DNA of 45,504 bases from Bilabrum cf. latius (Eukaryota). The notes beneath the pieces were generated by a model. The model was given only the letters and a program-made list of their open reading frames with translations, had not been told where the DNA came from and did no database searches. This document shows positions 31,884-41,469 of the stretch, one piece after another. The translations under genes and the position numbers were made by a program. The stretch spans positions 806,001 through 851,504 of the forward strand of contig OZ237765.1 of assembly GCA_965178125.1 (NCBI GenBank). Reading direction: 5' to 3'. Numbering within the stretch: position 1 is the first letter of the stretch; each line of letters begins with the position of its first letter.

Positions 31884-33485
31884 ATGAAAAGCTAGCACAG
31901 TGCCAGGAGACGTGATTGCTGCGGTCATGGCCGAAGATTCCTGAGCGTTCGAACCGTATCGGCGGCCGTAGCGATCCTGGGTCTGCTGCTTTTTGTGGTA
32001 TTATTGTGGCTTGGATCATCGAGCAATGCCAGAGGAATTAAGCGACATAAAGAATTGAGAAGCGCTGACACGAGAGTGGATGGCTGGATATCACAGGCAT
32101 ACATTGCAGATGTTGCCGATCTGCAACGGCAGGCGGCTTGCTTGTCGCACGAATCGGTGATTCCAAGGAGAGACCCAGTTGAAGTGGTGGTTTCTGTTGT
32201 GGTAGGAGGTGATAAGTAGAGGTACTGGCAGGAAGCACTGGCGCTGATCACGTCGATCCTACTCCACACCCCCAGGTTTGGGTATGCAGGCGGCGTATTC
32301 ATGGGCGCTTCGGAAATCGAAAAGGCTACCCCAAATCCGGTACTGCTGCAAGTTACGATTGTGACTGATATCCATGGCGCATGCGGACCTGCTGTCACGT
32401 TGGCATCCACCGCCGAGTCGGTTGCGTCGCACCTAGGCTGGGATGACAGGGCTTCGTTCACAGTGCGATCAGCCGATCATTGGCTGCGACCTCCAACAGG
32501 AGGCGCGGGCATGAGCGGCCTGCGGGCCCAGTCTCGACCACCTAGTCCTTATGCTGGTAGTCTCCCCCCGCCCTCTGACGAGGGTGTCCTCCAGTGGCTG
32601 TCCTCCCTGTGGGCCATCCCGAACGCGCACTACAGCGGCCGATTCGCTGAGTTCAAGCTGCACATTCCGGCCATGCAGTGGGAGACGCAGCGTTCGGAAG
32701 CAGTGCCAGGTCGTTCTGAGACAAAGCTCCCACGACTGCACATTGTGCTGGACACCGACATTGTGCTGCTGCCCGGCCAGCGAGGGCTGCTGGGGCTGTG
32801 GCAGCACGTGGTGGCGGCCCGTTCAGCTCGCCACCCTGATCCGCCCCCCTGCGTGTGGGCTGCTCGCGAGCAAAGCGGGTTCTATCAGTCGGATGCCCCG
32901 GCGGGTGGGCAGGGAGGCACCTACCGCTGGCCGTACCCCGCACCCCGGGGCGTCAACTCGGGAGTGCTCGTGTTTGACGTGGACGAGTGCACGTGCGCGA
33001 GAGGCGCGGACTCGGGCAGGGCATGCTCGCCCACTTGGGAGGGCATGGCCCAGGCGCTGCAGGACCTCCACCGGGAGCACCCCTCGTGGGAGCTGCAGCT
33101 GGGGGACCAGGATGCGCTGAATGCGGTGGGCAGCAGGATGGAGACCCTCATCGGCGAGCTGCCGTGCGAGTCCAACCTGCAGGACGCGGGGATGCAGGAG
33201 GACGCGCTCCTGTGCACGCACTCGATGCGCACGGGGGGGGGGGATGGGCTGCGCAGGCCCGCTGCCTTGCACCACAACCTGCTGGCCAAGAGGCACGGGC
33301 TGTTCAGGGGCATGAGCGAGGCTTTGGCGCAGGCGGCGGTGGACTGGCAGGCTAGGAACGAGAGTGTCCGGTGCACCGATGGGCGGCTCATTCAAAAGCA
33401 AGGGTGGTTCGCGGGCGACGCTCCGCACGTGCAATTGAATCGATGGCTGCGGGATGCGATGAAGACGAACGGGTGTCCATGGTAA
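31884..33485 (+). CDS. Glycosyltransferase family 8 (GXYLT/LARGE xylosyltransferase-like), type II membrane protein, ~533 aa
   Basis: N-terminal anchor VSAAVAILGLLLFVVLLWLG. Motifs VVVSVVVGGDK*RYWQEALALITSILLH, IVLDTDIV (DxD), GVNSGVLVFD, LQLGDQDALN, LPCESNLQ and ALHHN. TAGs at 31893 and 32217; stop TAA at 33483. Confidence 0.85.
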
Positions 33486-33524
33486 CTCAACCAATTCAAC
33501 TGGTGCTGTTCCATCGCCATGCCT

Positions 33525-34785
33525 TCACGCCAGCACAACATCCACCTGATTGTACTCGTCCATGTCCTCCCCCAAGACCTCCATTTCGGCGTCTTCAGGG
33601 CAACCCGAATCAAGCAACTTGTCCCCATCGAAATCCATTCTCACTGCACTCGCAGACACGCTGATTTTCTCGGCGTACTTGGCTCGAATACTCGCGAAGG
33701 GCTCCCTCGGATGCACGGTCAGCTCCTCCACGGCGCCCCCCTCCTGCCGCAGCTTGAGCAACACATAGGCCTCTCTCCCTATCGTCATGTTCAAAGGGGT
33801 CCCACCGGGGCTACTCGGTCTCGCTGCAGCAGCTTTCTTCTTACTCCCAGCGGTTCTCCCTGCTCTCCCCTTGGCTCCTCCCGTAGCCCCTCCCTTGCTG
33901 CTATAGAGGCCTTCCAGCAAGTCGTCTGCGCCCATTTCGTCGTCATCGCCGCTGCTTATGTCAAAATCCTCATCCGAAGAGCTGGCATCTCCAGAAGCTG
34001 AGCCCAAATCCACCGATTTGGAAGCCTCCTTGCGACCACTGGCACGAGCCCGAGAGCGAGCAAGTGCGGAGGATGCCTTTCCTTGCGCTCGCTTCCGGGA
34101 CGGCGACGAGCTTGGCGAAAAGACGCCTCCAGACGTCTTGCCAAGATCAATTGTTTTCTTCCTGAGCTCCTCTTCTTTCGCTCTGAGGGCGTCAGCCTTG
34201 ACCTTCCACGCTGGGACCTCCGCTCCCGCGGCTGCCTTCGATCCCTTGGCACCTCGCCTCGATCGTGCCGACTATCTGGCTCTCTCGTACGCGCCACCAT
34301 CATCATCAATGTCCGAATCATCCGATATTTCGACTGCTTTGGCCTTTGACCTAAGCTTACGCCCACCCTTTCCACTGTTACTCGTAGCTACGTCGCCAGC
34401 CTTTCGTCGCTTTCTCCTCTGCTCGCGTTCGACCACTGCCACTGCAGAGTCGCGCTCCCGTTTCTTGCCTAGCTTGCCAGAAGCAACGGTCTTGCTTCCT
34501 TTGCCCTTCTTCTCCCTCGAGCTCCTGGCCCGATCGACAGCGCGGGCAAGTGCAACCTCTGCGTCACCATCGCTACCACTAGATCCTGTGGAGCTTTCCG
34601 AATCAGATATGTTAATTTCTTTCTCAATCTGGTCTAAATGGACTGCGAGAAGCGCTTAAACAACGAGCAGATCCAGCCAAGACTTGATCGCGTTCCGCTG
34701 GTGAGCTAGCCAAATTCGACTGTGCTTGCTTGTCAGGATTCTTACGCTTCTGAGCACGCTGCGCATAGAAATTGTCGCCGTCCAT
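33525..34785 (-). CDS. SUMO-like-domain protein (RENi: Rad60/Esc2/NIP45-like), ~385 aa; exons 34785-34746, 34642-33525
   Basis: The C-terminal segment LLKLRQEGGAVEELTVHPREPFASIRAKYAEKISVSASAVRMDFDGDKLLDSGCPEDAEME...QVDV is a SUMO-like fold with no terminal di-Gly. The N-terminus is low-complexity and charged. TAG at 34272; stop TGA. Confidence 0.75.
34643..34745 (-). other. Spliceosomal intron, 103 nt, phase 1
   Basis: C|GTAAGA ... GCTTCTCGCAG|TC; links MDGDNFYAQRAQK to LHLDQIEKE. Confidence 0.75.
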
Positions 34786-34931
34786 GGCAATATTACTTGC
34801 TATTAAGTGCCTCAACTGTGAACTGGTGTGCCACGTTCTTATCACAACAAAACAAAAACTTGCACTTGGTTCAACTCGGAGCTTGAGTTTTGGCCCTTGT
34901 CTTCCAGAGAAACCATGAGATCCGAAATGTC

Positions 34932-36383
34932 ATGAGCTTGATTCTTGTCGTTAAAATTGGTGGAGCCGCCATCACGGACAAGGCATCTGTCAAGACCTTG
35001 AGATCAGACCTTGAGACTATCGCGCGTTCGATCGCATTAGCATTCGGTAACCAATGCGAGCGTGGTCCCCACAGACTCGTTTTAACACATGGTGCAGGGT
35101 CATTCGGTCATCATGTAGCTACAGAGTATGGCTTTGGTTCGCTACCGGCGCCGTCAGACCCAAGAGCGTGCACGGAAGTTCGTAGCGATGTGCTTGAGTT
35201 GACTGGTCATGTCACCACAGCCTTGCGAAAGCTCAGAGTTCCTGCCACAGTGTTATCACCACACAGCATGGGGTGGGTGGCGGCGGGCCCACTTGAGTGC
35301 GGCCCACCTTTCAACCTATCAGGCACTACAACGCGGGTTGTCGCCGATGCAATCGTACGGCAGACAGTTCCTGTGATTCCTGGCGATGTGGTTCCCATCA
35401 AAGGGGCACTGGGATGGGCAATCATGGGAGGTGATCCCATTGCCGAAGTGCTAAGCTTAAATCTGCCACGGGATCTGTCGGAAGCGTCGGCTGCACTAGT
35501 GACCGATCATCGAGGGCCCCCGTGCACTGGCAGCACAGCTTCTGAAAAGAGCGCTCATGACTCTTGTAGGGGTGTTCATGTTGTCCATATCACTGGCGTG
35601 CCCGGCCTGTACACGAACGACCCGTCCGAGAGTGATGCGAGGCTCGTGCGGATCGTGGCTGTGGGTGGGCAGAGAGGAGGAGACATGACTGAGGCTGCGG
35701 CGACCGATCGCGCTCGTTCATCTGCAATGGACATTGCTGACTTAAGTAGCGTGCTGAAGCGTAGTCACGGCCTCCCGGAGCATGCAGTCGTCGAGGTGAG
35801 GCCCACACCTGGAGTGGCGTGGTGGGCCGTAGAGGACAGGGCCGCGGATGACTCGGGTTGCAGACCAGTTGGAGCATCTTCCGCTTCCAAGGCAGGCACG
35901 CCGGACCAGGTGTATGGCGTGGCTCCATTCATAGCTGCTGCTGGTCCTGCTGCGCCAGCGACCAATGGGAGCCACATGCACAGGGAAATTCCCTCTGTGA
36001 AGCCAATGGTGGGCGCGGCGGGGGCTGATCCCCCGCCAGGCGCATCAGCAACCACTACCGGTGATTCGGGCGCTCAACCCCAGACCGATGCATCGAAAGA
36101 AGCAATACCGGTAGCCGACGTGACCGGCGGCATCGGGGAGAAGGTGGCTAGTATCCTGCGGTCGGTGCGCGCAGGCCCGGACGCTGACCACTAGCAACGT
36201 ACGACTGCGACCATCGCAGGGGCAGCGGGGAGCGAGGTCGTGCTGCTTCGAGCCACAGCCAAGTAGAATCGCATGCCACTGGCTACAGACCTGGCAGAGT
36301 GGTGGGGGCTGCCAGGGACTCACTTCGTATCAGTGGAGGAGTTCGCCAGTAGGGCGCAAGGTGCCAGTGTGCAAGAAACATGA
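34932..36383 (+). CDS. IPK: Isopentenyl phosphate kinase (amino-acid-kinase superfamily), ~483 aa
   Basis: Motifs VVKIGGAAITDK, LTHGAGSFGHHVA (IPK signature His), VPVIPGDVV, IMGGDPI, GVPGLYTNDP and DVTGGIGEKV. The C-terminal W..PGTHF strand lies beyond TAGs 36192 and 36264. Stop is TGA at 36381. Confidence 0.85.
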
Positions 36384-36606
36384 TGTGAAGTTCATACACA
36401 AGTGCAAGATGCAAGAAAAGCGACATTCTTGCTTACTGGTGCCACGGCACTAGCAGTGCTGCGGGTGCCATAAGGGAGCTTGTACAATGACCCACACGTC
36501 GTGACGTCCACCTAGGGCGAATCATGACGGCTTCAAGTTGGGCCATCGCGCAAGAGTGTCAAGACAGTCGCCAAGAGATTCCAGTTAGTTATAGTCCATG
36601 CGTCAT

Positions 36607-38508
36607 TCACTGTCCCTCATCTGCCTCATCTTCCTCTTCCTCTTCTTCTTCCTCCTCTTCACCCTCCGGGATGGCAGACCCGGCCGCCGCTGCCACCGCC
36701 GCCAGCTCCTATTGCGCCTGCTCGTGCCCCAGCTTGGCCCCGCTGAACTCGGACTGCTGCCCCTCCACGCCCGCGCCTCCCCTGGCCTTGCCCGCCCCCT
36801 TGCGCAGCCGCTGCTGGAAGAGCGGCGACCTCTCCACTAGCGGGGCCACCAGCGCCAGGAAGGACTGCATCACCTGCTCGTCCTCCGTTGTGAAGGACCG
36901 CCCGTCGCTGCTGCCGCCGGAACCTGAGCCCAGCGCGCCAGCAGCCCCCGCCGCAGATCCAGGCCCCCCGGTGGGTCCCTGCACCTTGTTGATCAGCTGC
37001 ATCACGCCCACCAGCGTGCTGCTTGCTGGCGACACGACGGGCATCGTGAGCAACGCCCGAGTGCGATACCCCGTCTTGCGATCCACGTCCAGCCCGCTCC
37101 ACCTTTCGTCCGTGTACACGTCATCGATACGCACGGGCTTGCCCGACTGCGCCGCCAGCCCCGCGATCCCCTTATCGATGGGCACCCTCAGATCCACGTC
37201 TCCCTGCACCGCCCACAGCTCCCCATGCTCGTGGTCCGCCAGATAGAAGGTGCACCTGTCCGCGCCCACCAGCAAGGGGGCCTTGGAGGAGAGCTGGAAC
37301 ATGAGCGAGGGGGCGCCCAGGTCAGGGGCCTGAAGGGCACGCACCACGTCCAGCATGGCTTGGGCGCGGCGCTCCGAGGCCTGGGCCCGCGCGTGCACCT
37401 GCGCATTCCTGAGGGCTACTCCCGCCTGCTGGGCCAGCACCTGCAGGGCCTGCACGTCGCTCGACCCGAAGGTCCCGTCCCACACCCCGTCCGGCCTGTT
37501 CCCCCCGCGGCGGTTGACCGCCTGCAGCACGCCCACCACTTCCTCGTCGGCATCCAGCACGGGCAAGGCCACCACTGCTCGGGTGTGGAAGCCCATCTTC
37601 TCATCTGTCGCGCTGTCGAAGCGAGGGTCTTGCCGAGCGTCGGGAATGACGAGAGCCTCGCCCGAAGCCGCAACGGCACCCGCGATCCCGCTGCCCCACT
37701 TGAGCCGAGGAGCAGACTCGCCAGCGGAACTACTACCACCGGAAGTAGCTGCGGCAGCTGATCCAGCGGCTTGGGGTGCCGCAGTGCCCTACACCATCAC
37801 GAGCTCCCTGGTCTCGGTGGCACCCTAGCTCTGGCCCTCGTGCGAGGCACCCACGCCCTGTCTCTGCCTGTCCACTGCCAGCCAAACTGTCGCACGCTCG
37901 CAGTGCAGCAGCGCGCATGCCTCTGCAATTATGACTCTCACAGCCGCGTTCGGGTCCAGCTCGGCCGCAATCCTCCTTGAGCTGTCCAGCACGCGCTGCA
38001 GCAACGCTGCGCGGTCCTGCCCGGCCGCATGTGCGCCAGTCTCGCCAATTTCAGTACCTAACTTGATTGATTGTCCCTATGTTGCCTACCCCGATGACAC
38101 TGCCTGCATTGTTTGCTCAAACAGAGCGTCCGGCTCAGTCACGCGGAAGCCGGAGCCGGCTGGTCGGCCACTTACGGCCTTTGCTGCCAGGTCCCGGACA
38201 AATGCAATGGGATCATCTGGCTCAGCAGCTAGCACCTGAGAAACAAGAAAGTGAATGAAAGTTACCCCAGATGCGAGCGTTGCGACACGGGGGTGCAACA
38301 TTGCGTGAGCTTGCCGACGAATCGAAAGACACTTGAGACATACGGCGATCGTAGGGGCAAAGTCGAGAGAATTGAGTCCCAAATTTCACACAATGCCACA
38401 TGTTATGCTTAGTGTCCTCCTCACTTCAGCCGTCAGCCACTCGCAGACCCGTTTGAACCCAGTGCGCTCAAGTACAGCAGCCGAAGCTGGCCGTGTGGCA
38501 CTAGCCAT
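36607..38508 (-). CDS. RIIa/Dpy-30-like dimerization-docking domain plus two tandem GAF domains and an acidic tail, ~570 aa; exons 38508-38425, 38235-36607
   Basis: Spliced N-terminus KRVCEWLTAE|VLAAEPDDPIAFVRDL. GAF-A: LLHCERATVWL, GIAGAVAASGE, DPRFDSATDEKMGFHTRAVVALP, VGVLQAVN. GAF-B: GADRCTFYL, KGIAGLAAQSGK, DRKTGYRTRALLTMP, QLINK, FTTEDE. TAGs at 38086, 38077, 37825, 37789 and 36709; stop TGA at 36607. Confidence 0.85.
38236..38424 (-). other. Spliceosomal intron, 189 nt, phase 0
   Basis: GAA|GTGAGG ... TTTCTTGTTTCTCAG|GTG; splicing reconstitutes the D/D motif. Confidence 0.8.
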
Positions 38509-38867
38509 GAGTGTACAATAGCAAACTAGATCGCAAGGTGTCCAGCAGCCGGCCGACCAATGCGCACTACGGCACGCCAAGAAGGATAATTTGTATCAGC
38601 CGAGATCCTGAACCGAAGTATTGCAGATCAACAGTTGGAAAGCATTCGTTACAATGAATGGCCACGCCGGATCCCCTTCGTTCGAGCACTTAATGTCCAG
38701 CCAGGGTTTAATCTATATCACCTATAAAGATAGAGATATCATGCTATTCTGTTAGCCCGGTGATTTCCCGCGATTTTCCTCACGACAGCACCAGATGTTA
38801 CAGATGACGCTGCCCTGGCCATGGCCGCCGCCGCGCAGCCACCTCGCCTCACCGCAAACGCAACCTC

Positions 38868-39005
38868 CTTGCCCCAGCACAGGCACCAAGGCCCCATCCA
38901 CCGCCCGCACGCGCAACCTGCTTGCCCCAGCACAGGCACTAAGGCCCCATCCACCGCCCGCACGCGCAACCTGCTTGCCCCAGCACAGGCACTAAGGCCC
39001 CATCC
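38868..39005. repeat. Subtelomeric 53-bp tandem repeat, ~2.6 copies
   Basis: Unit CTTGCCCCAGCACAGGCACYAAGGCCCCATCCACCGCCCGCACGCGCAACCTG at 38868, 38921 and 38974; the third copy is cut off by the telomere tract. Confidence 0.95.
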
Positions 39006-39563
39006 TTTAGGGATGGGGTTAGGGTTAGGGTTAGGGTTAGGGTTAGGGTTAGGGTTAGGGTTAGGGTTAGGGTTAGGGTTAGGGTTAGGGTTAGGGTTAG
39101 GGTTAGGGTTAGGGTTAGGGTTAGGGTTAGGGTTAGGGTTAGGGTTAGGGTTAGGGTTAGGGTTAGGGTTAGGGTTAGGGTTAGGGTTAGGGTTAGGGTT
39201 AGGGTTAGGGTTAGGGTTAGGGTTAGGGTTAGGGTTAGGGTTAGGGTTAGGGTTAGGGTAGGGTTAGGGTTAGGGTTAGGGTTAGGGTTAGGGTTAGGGT
39301 TAGGGTTAGGGTTAGGGTTAGGGTTAGGGTTAGGGTTAGGGTTAGGGTTAGGGTTAGGGTTAGGGTTAGGGTTAGGGTTAGGGTTAGGGTTAGGGTTAGG
39401 GTTAGGGTTAGGGTTAGGGTTAGGGTTAGGGTTAGGGTTAGGGTTAGGGTTAGGGTTAGGGTTAGGGTTAGGGTTAGGGTTAGGGTTAGGGTTAGGGTTA
39501 GGGTTAGGGTTAGGGTTAGGGTTAGGGTTAGGGTTAGGGTTAGGGTTAGGGTTAGGGTTAGGG
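39006..39563 (+). repeat. Telomeric repeat tract (TTAGGG)~91, internal in this assembly
   Basis: Variant units TTTAGGG-ATGGGG at 39006-39018, then perfect TTAGGG from 39019 to 39563 apart from one TAGGG at 39259. The G-rich strand points away from the gene-dense arm, as at a natural right-hand chromosome end. Confidence 0.98.
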
Positions 39564-39624
39564 TATCTATTATAAAGTCAGGGACAGGGTCGGGGAAAAA
39601 TATTTTCATCTTCACTTTTTGACA

Positions 39625-41431
39625 AAATCCTGCGGGATACGATCTCGGCAACCACAGGAGATATGAAGACCGTTCAAATTGCGTTGGGACGGCCTAGGGC
39701 CACATCATTGGCCAAATGTTCCTCAGGTTCCGCTTTTGACGCGCGGCGCCAATATTGGGCCTTGAAGATTTTCATGCTGAAATCCTGCGGGATACGATCT
39801 CGGCAACCACAGGAGATATGAAGACCGTTCAAATTGCGTTGGGACGGCCTAGGGCCACAACATTGGCCAAATGTTCCTCAGGTTCCGCTTTTGACGCGCG
39901 GCGCCAATATTGGGCCTTGAAGATTTTCATGCTGAAATCCTGCGGGATACGATCTCGGCAACCACAGGAGATATGAAGACCGTTCAAATTGCGTTGGGAC
40001 GGCCTAGGGCCACAACATTGGCCAAATGTTCCTCAGGTTCCGCTTTTGACGCGCGGCGCCAATATTGGGCCTTGAAGATTTTCATGCTGAAATCCTGCGG
40101 GATACGATCTCGGCAACCACAGGAGATATGAAGACCGTTAAAATTGCATTGGGACGGCCTAGAGCCACATCATTGGCCAAATGTTCCTCAGGTTCCGCTT
40201 TTGACGCGCGGCGCCAATATTGGGCCTTGAAGATTTTCATGCTGAAATCCTGCGGGATACGATCTCGGCAACCACAGGAGATATGAAGACCGTTCAAATT
40301 GCGTTGGGACGGCCTAGGGCCACATCATTGGCCAAATGTTCCTCAGGTTCCGCTTTTGACGCGCGGCGCCAATATTGGGCCTTGAAGATTTTCATGCTGA
40401 AATCCTGCGGGATACGATCTCGGCAACCACAGGAGATATGAAGACCGTTCAAATTGCGTTGGGACGGCCTAGAGCCACATCATTGGCCAAATGTTCCTCA
40501 GGTTCCGCTTTTGACGCGCGGCGCCAATATTGGGCCTTGAAGATTTTCATGCTGAAATCCTGCGGGATACGATCTCGGCAACCACAGGAGATATGAAGAC
40601 CGTTCAAATTGCGTTGGGACGGCCTAGGGCCACATCATTGGCCAAATGTTCCTCAGGTTCCGCTTTTGACGCGCGGCGCCAATATTGGGCCTTGAAGATT
40701 TTCATGCTGAAATCCTGCGGGATACGATCTCGGCAACCACAGGAGATATGAAGACCGTTCAAATTGCGTTGGGACGGCCTAGAGCCACATCATTGGCCAA
40801 ATGTTCCTCAGGTTCCGCTTTTGACGCGCGGCGCCAATATTGGGCCTTGAAGATTTTCATGCTGAAATCCTGCGGGATACGATCTCGGCAACCACAGGAG
40901 ATATGAAGACCGTTCAAATTGCGTTGGGACGGCCTAGGGCCACAACATTGGCCAAATGTTCCTCAGGTTCCGCTTTTGACGCGCAGCGCCAATATTGGGC
41001 CTTGAAGATTTTCATGCTGAAATCCTGCGGGATACGATCTCGGCAACCACAGGAGATATGAAGACCGTTCAAATTGCGTTGGGACGGCCTAGGGCCACAT
41101 CATTGGCCAAATGTTCCTCAGGTTCCGCTTTTGACGCGCGGCGCCAATATTGGGCCTTGAAGATTTTCATGCTGAAATCCTGCGGGATACGATCTCGGCA
41201 ACCACAGGAGATATGAAGACCGTTAAAATTGCATTGGGACGGCCTAGGGCCACAACATTGGCCAAATGTTCCTCAGGTTCCGCTTTTGACGCACGGCGCC
41301 AATATTGGGCCTTGAAGATTTTCATGCTGAAATCCTGCGGGATACGATCTCGGCAACCACAGGAGATATGAAGACCGTTCAAATTGCGTTGGGACGGCCT
41401 AGGGCCACAACATTGGCCAAATGTTCCTCAG
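39625..41431. repeat. 155-bp tandem satellite, ~11.7 copies
   Basis: The unit starts AAATCCTGCGGGATACGATCTCGG at 39625, 39780, 39935 and so on. There are no indels and only a few substitutions. Confidence 0.98.
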
Positions 41432-41469
41432 ATTCATTGTACTTCATTCAGTGCAAGTATGGCGTATTG

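Noticed and set aside
1-38508. Cluster of pseudogenes with premature stops
   Set aside because: The interruptions are exclusively TAG, there are no frameshifts, motifs are intact, and essential genes are affected.
1-38508. TAG as Trp via A-to-I editing, as pyrrolysine, or as Leu/Tyr/Glu
   Set aside because: The informative sites point to Gln (CQCSW, polyQ run, GAF paralogy), and most TAGs lie in polar disordered regions. One EME1 site (KRR*GALS, 10414) is ambiguous. U-to-C editing to CAG cannot be excluded without RNA data but is less parsimonious.
38821-39651. Poly(GL) and poly(TL) ORFs
   Set aside because: These are translations of the TTAGGG tract.
39755-41382. Series of 73-aa and 71-aa ORFs
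   Set aside because: One ORF per 155-bp satellite unit, starting at TTG and overlapping each other; a repeat artefact.
39625-41431. Hammerhead ribozyme in the 155-bp unit (minus strand has CTGAGGA, as in Penelope-like LTR repeats)
   Set aside because: I could not find a stem II closed by GAAA at the required position. An Infernal search with Rfam hammerhead models would settle it.
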